Shown: positions 42,501 through 53,183 of the stretch, one piece after another | How positions within the stretch are numbered: the first letter of the stretch is position 1 | How the letters are laid out: every line of letters begins with the position of its first letter | DNA from: a virus | Taxonomy: Duplodnaviria > Caudoviricetes | Length of the DNA stretch: 64,000 nucleotides | Reading direction: 5' to 3' (one strand) | IMG/VR virus record: IMGVR_UViG_3300005077_000712 | Location: 1-64,000 of that record | The notes under the pieces: generated by a model | What the model was told of the DNA's origin: nothing | Databases searched by the model: none | The model's input: only the letters and a program-made list of their open reading frames with translations | Program-made: the position numbers and the translations under genes

Positions 42501-43283
42501 TTACTTACTCTTTGCTACTTGATCCATAAGACCCCATAACAAGATATTTACTTTGGTATCTTTTACAACACTTTTGATACCTTTAGTTTTAGAACGCCTT
42601 TTCTCGCCTTGAAATTCAATTCCACCTTTAATTACATTTTCCTGCACTACATTGAAAACTGTAAAGAGGTCATTTTGAAAATCATCTTCACGTCTTGGAG
42701 TGAGAAGAGTAGAAGAATTAATTTTGCTTGTATCACCATAGATACCAATTTTAGCTTCATTAGCAAATTGTTCTTTTTCTGTTTGATTCAGTTTAATACT
42801 TTTGTAGGTATCAACTTGAGTCATAATCTTATCACTACTCTTTGCAAAGTTAAAAATCAGTTCTTCAATATCACCCACTTGCATACCTGCATGTCTTTGA
42901 TTTATTCCACCAAAGATATTTTCAGCTATTGTGAGACCATTACTACAAACAAGTCTATAAAGACCTGCAAGAGCTTGAGCTGAAAGTCTACCATTATGGC
43001 TGTTAAATACTGATATTTCAGGGGCAACATCTTTAAGAGAAAGATTTAAAAAACTTTTGTGACGAAATCTTACGTTATGAACAGCATAAGGAGAAACAGC
43101 ACCTTTTCTTGTTTTTGATTGTTTTGCAAAAGTTGGATAATATCCAAATTCCTCAAAACCTTTAATTATATCTATAGTTGGAACCATGACATATTTTTCA
43201 GACATCTTTTCGCTTGGTAATGTTGAAAATATTGAGGGAGCTTTTTCTCGAAGTTGTTCAGTAGTCAACACATTTTGTAACAT
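42501..43283 (-). CDS. DUF932-family protein
   Basis: SEKYVMVPT, NSHNG, RLVCSNGL and FNVVQEN motifs. Confidence 0.8.
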   Translation of the reverse strand: MLQNVLTTEQLREKAPSIFSTLPSEKMSEKYVMVPTIDIIKGFEEFGYYPTFAKQSKTRKGAVSPYAVHNVRFRHKSFLNLSLKDVAPEISVFNSHNGRLSAQALAGLYRLVCSNGLTIAENIFGGINQRHAGMQVGDIEELIFNFAKSSDKIMTQVDTYKSIKLNQTEKEQFANEAKIGIYGDTSKINSSTLLTPRREDDFQNDLFTVFNVVQENVIKGGIEFQGEKRRSKTKGIKSVVKDTKVNILLWGLMDQVAKSK

Positions 43284-43346
43284 ATTTTTTCTCCTTTGTA
43301 ATATTGTATATTATTTCTTGTAACAATATTTAAAAAAATTAAATAA

Positions 43347-43562
43347 TTATTGCAAATAATTATTTAATAAATTTAAGTATTGTTTTTCTTTTTTGGAGAG
43401 TTTGTTTTTGGATTGAATTTCAGATATTTTGTTTTTTAAACTATTAAGAAATATTTTTTGTTTATGTTTCTTATTATGAACAGAATTAGTAAAATATTGT
43501 TCATATTTAGTTATAATATAAAAAAACAAAATAGCAGAAAAAACAATTATAAATATAATCAT
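43347..43562 (-). CDS. Small membrane-anchored protein
   Basis: N-terminal hydrophobic segment; directly after the promoter at 43584. Confidence 0.55.
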   Translation of the reverse strand: MIIFIIVFSAILFFYIITKYEQYFTNSVHNKKHKQKIFLNSLKNKISEIQSKNKLSKKEKQYLNLLNNYLQ

Positions 43563-43583
43563 TCTTTCCTCCGCTGTTCTAAT

Positions 43584-43612
43584 ACTATAACAATTTATAT
43601 AATGTTTGTCAA
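43584..43612 (-). promoter_or_regulatory. Sigma70 promoter
   Basis: TTGACA-17-TATAGT. Confidence 0.75.
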
Positions 43613-43615
43613 ACT

Positions 43616-43843
43616 TTAATTAACATTATTCCCTATATTTTTTAATATAGATATTAATTCATTAATATTATCAAAAGGTATTGATATACCTTTTTTCAAA
43701 GGAATAATTTCATTATCTTTATTCCACATTTTTCTTATATCAATATATTTTTTATTTTTAAACTCTGATATACTTACTTTTATAAAATTTTCTGCTTCAG
43801 GATTACCAATAATTCCTACATTTTCTTTCTCATCAAATAACAT
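43616..43843 (-). CDS. PC4/YdbC-like ssDNA-binding protein
   Basis: VSISEFKNKKYIDIRKMW...KKGISI. Confidence 0.8.
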   Translation of the reverse strand: MLFDEKENVGIIGNPEAENFIKVSISEFKNKKYIDIRKMWNKDNEIIPLKKGISIPFDNINELISILKNIGNNVN

Positions 43844-44013
43844 TTTTAACCCCTTTTTTTGTCAATAAATTTCCAAACCCTTAGAATATTTAAGAAGTAT
43901 TTAATATATTAAATACCTTAATATATTTAACACTACAACCCTTTCCACAAGGTTATTATATTGTAAAAAAAATAAATAATTTAATTTTTTTTAAAAAAAA
44001 GAGAAAAAAAAAA

Positions 44014-45903
44014 TTAATCATTTAATCTTACACTACTTCCTGTAGCTTTTGCCCATTTAATTGCTTCTATATCTGCTTCTGATAGATCAAATTCATCTTC
44101 CCAGTATTTAGGCAAATTAAGTTCTTTTTTAATTGGTTCATTTGGGTCAACAAATTCATCTTCATCACCTAAAAGATAATCTTTCATTATCATTTTATCT
44201 GTTACTGCCCATCCAATTTCTTGTAAATAAACATATTGACATAAAGCCATAACTAAGTCGTCATTGCCACTAATAGCAGCAATTCTTCCTCTTGATGTCA
44301 TACCAAAATTTCTTAATTCATTTACAGTTCTTATTGAATTAATTTTTAGTTCTTTTTTTGTTAAATAACTTTCAAGAAAAGAAATTGCATTTGGTCTTAT
44401 TGGGTTAACCATAGGGAAACCTGCTACAAAATTATGTTTACTTTTTTGATGCCAATAAAATCCTTCATAATTAATAGTATTACCAAAATATTGACATATA
44501 TTAATTCCAAGTCCATTTCTTTCAACAGATAATTTAGCATTATTATAATATTCACACATTACTTCAAGAACTTCTTTATATTGTTCTGTGTTAACTTTTC
44601 CTTTATATTCTGCTACTTGATTATTACCATCTTCAGGATCAAACACATGAAAGGTACAATAGTCATTACTTTCCCCACCGCTGACATCCGCAGTTATGCA
44701 ATATTGTTTTTCAGGTTCAGGATCTTTCCATATCCAAAGACCTTTAAGATATTTATATTCAGGATCCCAATTATTTTTCATATTTACAAAGACGTTTAAA
44801 TCTTTGTAATATCCTTCTGAATTTACATCATTTGGGTTTATAAAATCAACTCTAATTGGATTTTTTGTTTCAATAGCTTGTAATATATAACCTTCAATAA
44901 GTGAATGTTCAGTTTCATAAACTTCTTGTTTACATACTTCAATTTTATATCCTCTTGTTCCAAGAGTTTCAAGCATTTCAAGATGCCATGATTTACTTCT
45001 ATAGTGAGGAATATCATCAACTTCTACATCTATAAGTTTATATTTAGAATCAGGATTATCTTGCGCTCCATGAAGGATTCTAAGATAATCATTATTAACA
45101 ACATTATTTCTTGGTAAAGTAGATATTACAAAAAACTGTGATGGTAATGTTTTATTTGTAAAGTCTGTTAATGCACCTGCTGATAGAGCAGGAGTAGCTG
45201 CACTAAGTATTGCTTGACTATCTTGGTATGAAGCAAATTCATCAGTAACAAGTAAGGAGAGAGATTCACCCTGGGCAGGATCACCTTTATTTGGGAGGGA
45301 AGTAATTTTAGAGAAGTTGTGAGCAAATGTTACTGATGTTTTTGCAAATTCACTTGTTTGTTGTTTTAACCAAACAGGTAAATGCTCATACATAAATTTT
45401 ATTCTTTCAAGGAAAGTAGTTGAATCTCTTAAAGTTTTTGAAATTACTACTATTCTTTGGGAATCAAAAAATAAAGCTCTCCATAAAGCATAAGCACCAA
45501 CCGTTGTGGAGAAGGCAACCTGTCTTGATTTTAATGAAACTACATATCTATGTTTTAAAAAATCCATAGCAGCATTTACTTGCCATTTATAAGCATTATC
45601 TTTAATAACTATTGCACCTTTTGTTGGATGTGATACAGTACAATATTCAAGAAAAAAATAAGCAAATCCTGTTCCATTTACAACATCAGTTATTTTTTTT
45701 AATTCTTCTTTTGCTTGATCTAATGTTAAATTATCTTTTTCTTCATCACTTAACATAACTATGTTATGTTCTTTATAAAACTTAATTCTATCAAATGGGT
45801 AAAAAGTTTCTTCTTCTACTCGTAATAGAGATTCATCTATTATTGTTTGATCTTCTTGTCTTATATTTTCTTGAACCTTTTCTTGAGTTTTTTTCATGCA
45901 CAC
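44014..45903 (-). CDS. terL: Terminase large subunit (T4 gp17-like)
   Basis: KSRQVAFST, VTDEFA, ADVSGG, VERNG and NDDLVMA motifs. Confidence 0.9.
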   Translation of the reverse strand: MCMKKTQEKVQENIRQEDQTIIDESLLRVEEETFYPFDRIKFYKEHNIVMLSDEEKDNLTLDQAKEELKKITDVVNGTGFAYFFLEYCTVSHPTKGAIVIKDNAYKWQVNAAMDFLKHRYVVSLKSRQVAFSTTVGAYALWRALFFDSQRIVVISKTLRDSTTFLERIKFMYEHLPVWLKQQTSEFAKTSVTFAHNFSKITSLPNKGDPAQGESLSLLVTDEFASYQDSQAILSAATPALSAGALTDFTNKTLPSQFFVISTLPRNNVVNNDYLRILHGAQDNPDSKYKLIDVEVDDIPHYRSKSWHLEMLETLGTRGYKIEVCKQEVYETEHSLIEGYILQAIETKNPIRVDFINPNDVNSEGYYKDLNVFVNMKNNWDPEYKYLKGLWIWKDPEPEKQYCITADVSGGESNDYCTFHVFDPEDGNNQVAEYKGKVNTEQYKEVLEVMCEYYNNAKLSVERNGLGINICQYFGNTINYEGFYWHQKSKHNFVAGFPMVNPIRPNAISFLESYLTKKELKINSIRTVNELRNFGMTSRGRIAAISGNDDLVMALCQYVYLQEIGWAVTDKMIMKDYLLGDEDEFVDPNEPIKKELNLPKYWEDEFDLSEADIEAIKWAKATGSSVRLND

Positions 45904-46000
45904 CTTTTTTTAAGAATTTTATTTTATTAAAAACAAATATAAGTTTAATTATTATATAATATATATATTTCATTATTATCACTAAAAATGAGGATTTTTT

Positions 46001-49000
46001 ATGGCAGAAATATTAAGTAGAAATGATGTAAAACAAGCATGGAAACAAATAGATCGTAAGTTAAAAAGAGTTACGACAGATACAGAAATTGTAGGTGAAC
46101 TTAATACTTCATTAGTCCCAACACATATGCTTCCTCTTGAATTAGATGATAATTATACTGCTTTAGGCGCATTATCAGCAAACAATATATCTCAATTACA
46201 AGAACAACTTGAACTTGATAAATTAAATAGAACAACAAGATATGATAGATTACAAAGTGCTATGGAACATCCTGAAATTGATGGTTCTCTTTCTATATAT
46301 GCTGATGAAGCAACTACAGAAGACCAAGATGGTATTACTATTCATGTTCAACATCCTGACCAAAAGGTTCAAGAGATTGTTGAACAATGTTTTGAAAGAA
46401 TAGGCATTGAAGAAAAGGCATGGCAAATAGTAAAGAATTTTTGTGGTTATGGTGATGAATTTTATGAAGTTGCAATTTCTAAAACTGTTGATTCAATTTT
46501 AAAAATTGATAAACTTCCTAGAAAAGCAGTTGAAAGGGTTGAAGAAAATAATATATTAAAAGGTTTTAAATTTAATAACGAATCACTTGATAGTGAAAAT
46601 CAATTTTTTACATACCAAATTAATTATCAATCACAGCAAGAACAAGAAGAAGAATTAATATATCCATTTAGAATACTTCATTTTAAAACTAATTCAGATA
46701 AATATGGAGTATATGGTCAAGCAATTATTGATACAATTATTTCTACTATTGACCAATTAAAAATGATGGAAAAGGCAATGGTTGTTGCAAGGGTGACAAG
46801 AGCTGCCGAAAGAAGAATATATACAATTGATGTTGGAAATTTACAAGGTGAAAAAGCTATTAAATATGCTAATCAAGTTGTAGCTAATTTTAAAAATAAG
46901 AAAAAACTTAGTTTTGGTTCAGAAACATCAAGAACACTTGATTTACAAAAAGATGTTTTTGGAACTGTAGAAGACCTTGTAATTCCTAAAAGACAAGGAT
47001 CTGAAGGAAATACAATTACTACATTAGAACAAGCTTGCCTAAGTTTAGAAACAAAAATTGATTTATTAGACGGAAGAAGTTTACCACTAAAAGATATAAT
47101 TAAAGAATATAATGAAGGTAAAGAAAATTGGGTTTATTCTTGTGATCCTATAAATGGTAAAATAGAGCCAGCATGTATTAGTTGGGCAGGCGAAACAAGA
47201 AATAATGCAGAAGTTTTAGAAATAACTTTAGACAATAATGAAAAAATAATTTGCACACCAGATCATAAATTTCCTATAAAAGATATTGGTTTTATAGAAG
47301 CAAAAGATTTGAAAGAAAACCAATCTATGATTCCTTTATATAAAAGAAAGTCTAAAGAAGGATATGAAGAAATTTTTAATAATTATAATAAAGAATGGGA
47401 ATTAACTCATAGACTAGTGCGAAAACATATTGATTTGCCAGAATATATTTTTAATGAAAGTTATAAAGATAATCCCAAAACAATAACACATCACAAAAAT
47501 TTTAAAAAAGACGTTTATAATAGAGTTGGACTTGGTTTAATCAAATATAGAAAAGAAAATAAAAATTGGCATGATAATTATCCATCACCACCTGTATGGG
47601 ATAACCAAAAAGTTATATTTGACCAAAAACTTTTAAATTGGTTTATAGATATTGTTGCAAGCAATAAATTGTATAACAAAGAACAAGCTGTAAATTATAT
47701 ACAAAGTAATTGTAATAATTTCCTTAATTATTTTTTTGAATTAAATAAAAAGCAAGATGGAAAAATATCAAAATTTGTACCACATTTTTCAATAAATTAT
47801 TTACAAAAGCTTTTAATATTTGGAAATTTTAATGGGTGGAAAAATTTTAAAGATTCTTATAATTATAATAATCATAAAATAATTTCTATTAAAACTTTAA
47901 ATGAAAAAATAAATACGGGAACAATAACAGTTAACCATAGGTTCCATACATTTGCTTTAAGTTGTGGTATTTTTACTAAAAATTCAAATTTAGGGGAAAC
48001 ATCGGATCTTGAATTTTTAAGAGATAAAATATTTCCTGCTCTTGGTATTCCAAGACAATATTTTTATGATGATACATTTGCAAACGCAAATACAAATCTT
48101 TCATCTAAATCTGTTCCATTTGCTAAAAAAATTAAAAGAGTACAAAGAGCATTTTTAACACCTTGTTATAAAATAGCAATCATTGAATTAAAATTAAAAG
48201 GAATCTCTAATGAAAAAATTAAACAATTAGTTCTTTTAATGAATAATCCATCTAATATAGATGATAGAGAAAAAATAACTCTTGAAACTGAAAGATGGAA
48301 TTTAATTGCTGCTATTAAAGGTTTAAATGCTGAAAAAACATTTTTTCCTGATTATCTCATCTATCAAGATTTTCTTAAAATGAATAAAGATGAAATAGCA
48401 ATGTTAATGAAATTAAATATTATGCAAGATAATGGTCAAAACCCATTTGATATATTTGATATTGATGAAAAACCTGAGCTTGCAAAAGATTTAAATTTGC
48501 AACCAGGAGCAGGTGGCGGCGAAGCAGGTGCTATGGGTGGTGGTATGCCTATGGGTGGTGGAGAAATTGGAGGAGAACTTGGTGGTGGAGAAGGAACAGA
48601 GATAGGTGGTGGAGAAGAAGTTGAAACTGAAATACCACAAGAAGTTAGAGAAAAATTAGGACCTCCTCCGACTGAAGGTGGTGGCGAAAAAGCAGAAGCC
48701 AAACCTGAAACAGCTTCAGCAGATATTTATAAAAAAGATAAGAAGATTTATGCAGATGATTTAAAGAAACAAGTTGAAATAAAGAAAAGTAAAATTTTAA
48801 ATAAATTATCAAGTTTTATGGAACAACATAAAATTGAGATTGAAATTGAAAGAGATGAAGATATTTATAGGGAGATGTTATTAAAAACTAAAAGGGTTTC
48901 ATTTTCTGAAATATTTCTTAATGGCCAATTAGATGGATTAGATAAGATTAAAAAAGATATAGTAATTTATGATGAAGAATATGAAAGAATGGATTTTATA

Positions 49001-49018
49001 AAAAAAGACATCAGTTAA
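46001..49018 (+). CDS. Portal protein (T4 gp20-like) with intein and Gly/acidic tail
   Basis: HPEID, RAAERRIYTIDVGNL, IPKRQG, ALGIP motifs. Confidence 0.88.
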   Translation: MAEILSRNDVKQAWKQIDRKLKRVTTDTEIVGELNTSLVPTHMLPLELDDNYTALGALSANNISQLQEQLELDKLNRTTRYDRLQSAMEHPEIDGSLSIYADEATTEDQDGITIHVQHPDQKVQEIVEQCFERIGIEEKAWQIVKNFCGYGDEFYEVAISKTVDSILKIDKLPRKAVERVEENNILKGFKFNNESLDSENQFFTYQINYQSQQEQEEELIYPFRILHFKTNSDKYGVYGQAIIDTIISTIDQLKMMEKAMVVARVTRAAERRIYTIDVGNLQGEKAIKYANQVVANFKNKKKLSFGSETSRTLDLQKDVFGTVEDLVIPKRQGSEGNTITTLEQACLSLETKIDLLDGRSLPLKDIIKEYNEGKENWVYSCDPINGKIEPACISWAGETRNNAEVLEITLDNNEKIICTPDHKFPIKDIGFIEAKDLKENQSMIPLYKRKSKEGYEEIFNNYNKEWELTHRLVRKHIDLPEYIFNESYKDNPKTITHHKNFKKDVYNRVGLGLIKYRKENKNWHDNYPSPPVWDNQKVIFDQKLLNWFIDIVASNKLYNKEQAVNYIQSNCNNFLNYFFELNKKQDGKISKFVPHFSINYLQKLLIFGNFNGWKNFKDSYNYNNHKIISIKTLNEKINTGTITVNHRFHTFALSCGIFTKNSNLGETSDLEFLRDKIFPALGIPRQYFYDDTFANANTNLSSKSVPFAKKIKRVQRAFLTPCYKIAIIELKLKGISNEKIKQLVLLMNNPSNIDDREKITLETERWNLIAAIKGLNAEKTFFPDYLIYQDFLKMNKDEIAMLMKLNIMQDNGQNPFDIFDIDEKPELAKDLNLQPGAGGGEAGAMGGGMPMGGGEIGGELGGGEGTEIGGGEEVETEIPQEVREKLGPPPTEGGGEKAEAKPETASADIYKKDKKIYADDLKKQVEIKKSKILNKLSSFMEQHKIEIEIERDEDIYREMLLKTKRVSFSEIFLNGQLDGLDKIKKDIVIYDEEYERMDFIKKDIS
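47036..47983 (+). mobile_element. Intein (316 aa) in the portal
   Basis: EQA|CLSLETKIDLLDG...CTPDHKF...HTFALSCGIFTKN|S; degenerate HNH-like centre. Confidence 0.85.
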
Positions 49019-49229
49019 TGATGTCTTTTTTTATATCAGAAAGAGTTTCGTCTAATTCTGGTGTGTTTGGTAGAATTTGTGTTCCTAATTTATTTTTATC
49101 TATATTAAACATGTCATGAGTTATTTTTTTATCTGACATTTTCTTATAAACAAATATTGAAATAATTGATGTAAATATAAGAGTTAAAAATCCAACAATA
49201 CTAATCCATATAAGTTTAATTTTATCCAT
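49011..49229 (-). CDS. Small membrane-anchored protein
   Basis: LIWISIVGFLTLIFTSIISIFVY; GAGG SD. Confidence 0.6.
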   Translation of the reverse strand: MDKIKLIWISIVGFLTLIFTSIISIFVYKKMSDKKITHDMFNIDKNKLGTQILPNTPELDETLSDIKKDIIN

Positions 49230-49331
49230 ATTAAAATCCTCTTTTTTTATGATTTTATATTAATATATTCAATTTTTTATAAAATGTTTTTTGTTTTTTT
49301 GTAAATATAACCTATATAACTATATTTTTAA

Positions 49332-49847
49332 ATGAGAGAAAATATTATGGCAAAAAAACAAAAAGAAGAATCAAATGAAATAATAGAAGTTGTTGAGCCA
49401 ATTAAAGAACCTATTTCTACTGAAATAAGAATAACTGATGAACAATTTGAGGCAATTCAAACAGCTTTACAAACAGAATCACTTGAAAAATCTAAAGGTA
49501 TTTTTGATTATATTAAAAAAGTAGCTTGTAAATTATTTAGTTCGTTTGTTAGTTTACTTTTAAGTATAATTACTTTAAAAAATACTGGTAAATGGGTTTC
49601 AGTTATTACTATTAGTTTTGTATTGTATGTTTTATATACATTTCTTAATAAACATAATTATAGTATAGAAGCAATGACTATTGCTATTCCTCATATTGCA
49701 CAAATAGCTGTAATAGTATTTACGATTATTGGTGGTGTTAAGGGTGTTGAAGGTATTGTTGAAAAACTTGCAAGTAATTCTGATATTGCAAATAAAGTAA
49801 AAAATATGGTTAAAAGTGCAACTTCAAAGGATGACGATGTTAAATAA
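49332..49847 (+). CDS. Membrane protein, possible holin
   Basis: Two to three TM segments; precedes a lipoprotein. Confidence 0.5.
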   Translation: MRENIMAKKQKEESNEIIEVVEPIKEPISTEIRITDEQFEAIQTALQTESLEKSKGIFDYIKKVACKLFSSFVSLLLSIITLKNTGKWVSVITISFVLYVLYTFLNKHNYSIEAMTIAIPHIAQIAVIVFTIIGGVKGVEGIVEKLASNSDIANKVKNMVKSATSKDDDVK

Positions 49848-50295
49848 ATTATTTTTTTTATTAATATGTTTTTCTTTAATTTCATGTTCAACATTTGAAA
49901 AAAAAGAAAAAGTATATAATGTTAATACCAATGATTTTGCTATTAAGTGGGATGTAGAATATATTCATCCAACAGATAAAGAAGGTTATTTAATAGTTAT
50001 AAATCCTGAAACAAAAAAACAATTTAAAATTAGTTATAAAGATTTTTTTGTAATGGATAAGGCTTATAAAAATTGGAGAATAGTTGAAAAAGCTAATCCA
50101 ATGATTACAAGTATTGTAGAAAAAAATGAAATTTTGATAATTACTTTTAATTATTTTGATGAAGATTCAAAAAGTATTTTATCAGGTAAATTTATAGTAA
50201 ACACAAAATATTTAACAACAGATAAAAAAGAATTATGGACATGGCGTGGTATTAGTGGTGCATTATTAATTGCATTAATAGCTGTAGCATTATAA
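49837..50295 (+). CDS. Lipoprotein with C-terminal TM helix (unimolecular spanin-like)
   Basis: MLNKLFFLLICFSLISC lipobox; terminal GISGALLIALIAVAL. Confidence 0.55.
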   Translation: MLNKLFFLLICFSLISCSTFEKKEKVYNVNTNDFAIKWDVEYIHPTDKEGYLIVINPETKKQFKISYKDFFVMDKAYKNWRIVEKANPMITSIVEKNEILIITFNYFDEDSKSILSGKFIVNTKYLTTDKKELWTWRGISGALLIALIAVAL

Positions 50296-50316
50296 AATAA
50301 GTAGGAGAAATATAAA

Positions 50317-51609
50317 ATGAATTTTATTAAATTTCAAGAAATTAAAGACAAAGTTGAAAAATTACCTAATGTTAATTTTTACTCCTTTAATGAAGATACA
50401 ATTATTGTAAAAAATACAAAGAATCAAGCATTGTATCAAATTCCATTTACAGAAGAACAAGACGAAACTCTTACACTTCACTTACAAGAAGGTGAACAAG
50501 TCACAGAGGCAACACCTACATTAGAAGAAGAATTTATCTCTTATAAAAAAGGTATAAAGAATAGTGTAAAAAAAATATTTTCAAATTATAATGAAGGTGT
50601 TTCAGACCTAAAAAAATATTTTCAAGAACTCCCTCAAATAGATATTGATAGTCTTAAAAAAGATGTTAATGAAAAAAAATCATTTGCAGAAGCTATTGAT
50701 GTTTATTCAAAAAGTGATTTTGAACCTATAAGAAATATTAATAAAAAGTTTAAAAAACAACTTATAGAAATGAATGAAGATAAAAAAGAATTTATAAATC
50801 TTCTTAATATCTTTGATGAAAATAATAATCTTAAATCATATGACTTAAATTACGATCATTTCAAATCTATGTATAATGAATCTATGTTAGCTTATGAAGA
50901 ATTTAATAATACTCTTAAAAAGATGAGTAAATTTCATAAAGCTGTTGAAAGAATTGTAATGAATGAAGATATTGCTAAAAATATTATAGAAAAACTTGAT
51001 TATACTGAAAGTGCAAAAATCTCAGTACCTAAAACTCTTGTAAAGGTGAAACAACTTTATAAAGAAGATGAATTTAAAGTTAGTATTACTGACGCATCTA
51101 AAAAAATTATTAAAACATATAATGAATTTTTTGATGTTGAAGGTGATTCTGCACCAGTTCTTTATAATAAATTCATTGATGGTGGAGATGAAATTCCTAA
51201 ATATTTAAAATTCTCTAATGGTAAATATTCAACAACTGATGTTCAAACACTTGCACATGAACTTGAACAATCTTACTATGTTCTTTCTGACCTTACTCCA
51301 GAAGATTTAATGCAAATAGCAGATTGGAGAAATCAATGTGAATATATGTCAAGAACAAATATGATCTCTGATAAAAAAGTTGATGAAATCATTAATGGAT
51401 TTAATAAAAGATTCACAGTAAATAGTGCAGAAGAATTTAATGATGGTGATATGGCATTAGGATTTAAAGATTCTGAAGAAATGGATATGGAAAATGCTGA
51501 TGGTATAGCTTATGATGGTTCTTCTGTAAAAGATGATGATATTGAAGGTGAACTTGAATATGATGATGAAGAAGATTTTGAAGAAGTTAAAGGTGCAGCA
51601 ATAGCTTAA
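50317..51609 (+). CDS. Hypothetical head-associated protein
   Basis: 430 aa with acidic tail, in the head operon. Confidence 0.65.
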   Translation: MNFIKFQEIKDKVEKLPNVNFYSFNEDTIIVKNTKNQALYQIPFTEEQDETLTLHLQEGEQVTEATPTLEEEFISYKKGIKNSVKKIFSNYNEGVSDLKKYFQELPQIDIDSLKKDVNEKKSFAEAIDVYSKSDFEPIRNINKKFKKQLIEMNEDKKEFINLLNIFDENNNLKSYDLNYDHFKSMYNESMLAYEEFNNTLKKMSKFHKAVERIVMNEDIAKNIIEKLDYTESAKISVPKTLVKVKQLYKEDEFKVSITDASKKIIKTYNEFFDVEGDSAPVLYNKFIDGGDEIPKYLKFSNGKYSTTDVQTLAHELEQSYYVLSDLTPEDLMQIADWRNQCEYMSRTNMISDKKVDEIINGFNKRFTVNSAEEFNDGDMALGFKDSEEMDMENADGIAYDGSSVKDDDIEGELEYDDEEDFEEVKGAAIA

Positions 51610-51636
51610 TTAAAAATAAAAAAAGAGGATAATGTA

Positions 51637-52041
51637 ATGAGTGAAATATTCAATAAATATATGAAAAAAGCAAAAGAGTATAATGAAGTTAATATTCAAT
51701 TTACTCAATCAAAAGGTTTAAAATCAGGAAGAGATTTTATGTCAGCAGGAATAGATGATGTTCCTGAAAAGGATAGAAGTAAAGTCAAAGCAGGGATGAG
51801 TAGAAAATTTAAACTTAATAAAAAAATAACTCAAGGTATAAATGATGGCTCATTAGACCCACAAGAGCTTATTACTGCAACTGTGAATTTTCTTCAACCT
51901 ATGATGCTTAATAGCTATGAATCATATATAGATGCAAAAATGGCAGGAGAAGAAGCTACACTCTCTGAATTTAATGACGAAGGTTCTGAAGAAGATGATA
52001 TGCTTGAATTAAGTGATACATCTGCAACTGCTCCATATTAA
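51637..52041 (+). CDS. Hypothetical head-associated protein
   Basis: 134 aa, acidic C-terminus. Confidence 0.65.
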   Translation: MSEIFNKYMKKAKEYNEVNIQFTQSKGLKSGRDFMSAGIDDVPEKDRSKVKAGMSRKFKLNKKITQGINDGSLDPQELITATVNFLQPMMLNSYESYIDAKMAGEEATLSEFNDEGSEEDDMLELSDTSATAPY

Positions 52042-52122
52042 TACATGATGAAAGTTATGAATTTATTTAATAAATATTTAATAGAGATCCAGTTGGAATA
52101 TTTAAATAAGAGAGGTTAGAAA

Positions 52123-52800
52123 ATGTCTGATTCTAAAAATTTGCGAGCTTACATATCAACAGCATGGGTTTCTAAGGCTTTTGGATATACAGAAAGTATA
52201 GATGAAAAGAGTGGATCAGCTCAATTTATTCTTGAAGGAGAATTTCAAAGAGCTAATGCACAAAATAGAAATACCCGTATTTATAAATTTGAATTACTTA
52301 ATAGAGAGAATAATAAACTTAGAGAAATTATTGAATCAAGAGGTGGACATCCTATGGGAATGGATCATCCTATTCCTGATGGCACAGAAGCATCTATGAC
52401 TCGTATTCAACGTATTGATATGGAAAATGCTTGTGGTCTTACTACATGGCTTGAAATGCAAGGTGATGTAGTTTATGGTAAAGCTAAGATAATTCTTGGT
52501 GATTATGGTACAGGTGACAAATTAGCTGCTTTTGTTAAAGCAGGATATAAGCCAGGTGTATCTTCAAGAGGACTTGGTGGTGATCCTGTTATGACTGCTG
52601 AAGGTTATATGTATGTTCCTGATGATTATAATATGATTTGTTATGATTTTGTTACTAATCCATCTACACATAATGCAATTCTTCAAAGAAGTTTTCAAGA
52701 AGAAGTTGATTATTATAGTCATCTTACTAAAGGTAATACACAAAAAAATGTTTGGGAAGTTTTAACAAGCCTTAGTAAAAAGCATATTAAAGGTGAATAA
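52123..52800 (+). CDS. Prohead protease (T4 gp21-like)
   Basis: NRNTRIY, MDHP, GVSSRGLG and DFVTNPST motifs. Confidence 0.9.
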   Translation: MSDSKNLRAYISTAWVSKAFGYTESIDEKSGSAQFILEGEFQRANAQNRNTRIYKFELLNRENNKLREIIESRGGHPMGMDHPIPDGTEASMTRIQRIDMENACGLTTWLEMQGDVVYGKAKIILGDYGTGDKLAAFVKAGYKPGVSSRGLGGDPVMTAEGYMYVPDDYNMICYDFVTNPSTHNAILQRSFQEEVDYYSHLTKGNTQKNVWEVLTSLSKKHIKGE

Positions 52801-52802
52801 TT

Positions 52803-53177
52803 ATGAAAGATTATAATGAAGTTGAAAAAATATATAATGTTGAAATTTTAAAAAAATCTATTAATGAATCAAAAACTAATAGTGTAAAAGACAAAATAAG
52901 AGAAACAATTATAAATGGTATTTTTTCTAAAAAGAAAAGTTTTAATCTTAAAAACATATTAAAAGACCTTAATGAAGATGAATATAAAAAGATATATGAT
53001 AAATGTTATGATAACGATAGATTTTTGGGTACTATTCTTGGATCTATTAAAAAAGAGTATAAAGAAAAATATCCAAATTTTGATTGGTCTTATGATACTG
53101 TAAATCATAAGCAAGATGTTATTATATCTATAAAGTTTGAAAAAAAAGAATCTACTATTAATGAAAAGGAAAAGTAA
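52803..53177 (+). CDS. Hypothetical protein
   Basis: 124-aa ORF. Confidence 0.6.
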   Translation: MKDYNEVEKIYNVEILKKSINESKTNSVKDKIRETIINGIFSKKKSFNLKNILKDLNEDEYKKIYDKCYDNDRFLGTILGSIKKEYKEKYPNFDWSYDTVNHKQDVIISIKFEKKESTINEKEK

Positions 53178-53183
53178 AAAAAT

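Noticed and set aside
48436-48702. Antisense Pro/Ser-rich ORF in the portal gene
   Set aside because: It is the mirror image of the Gly-rich portal tail
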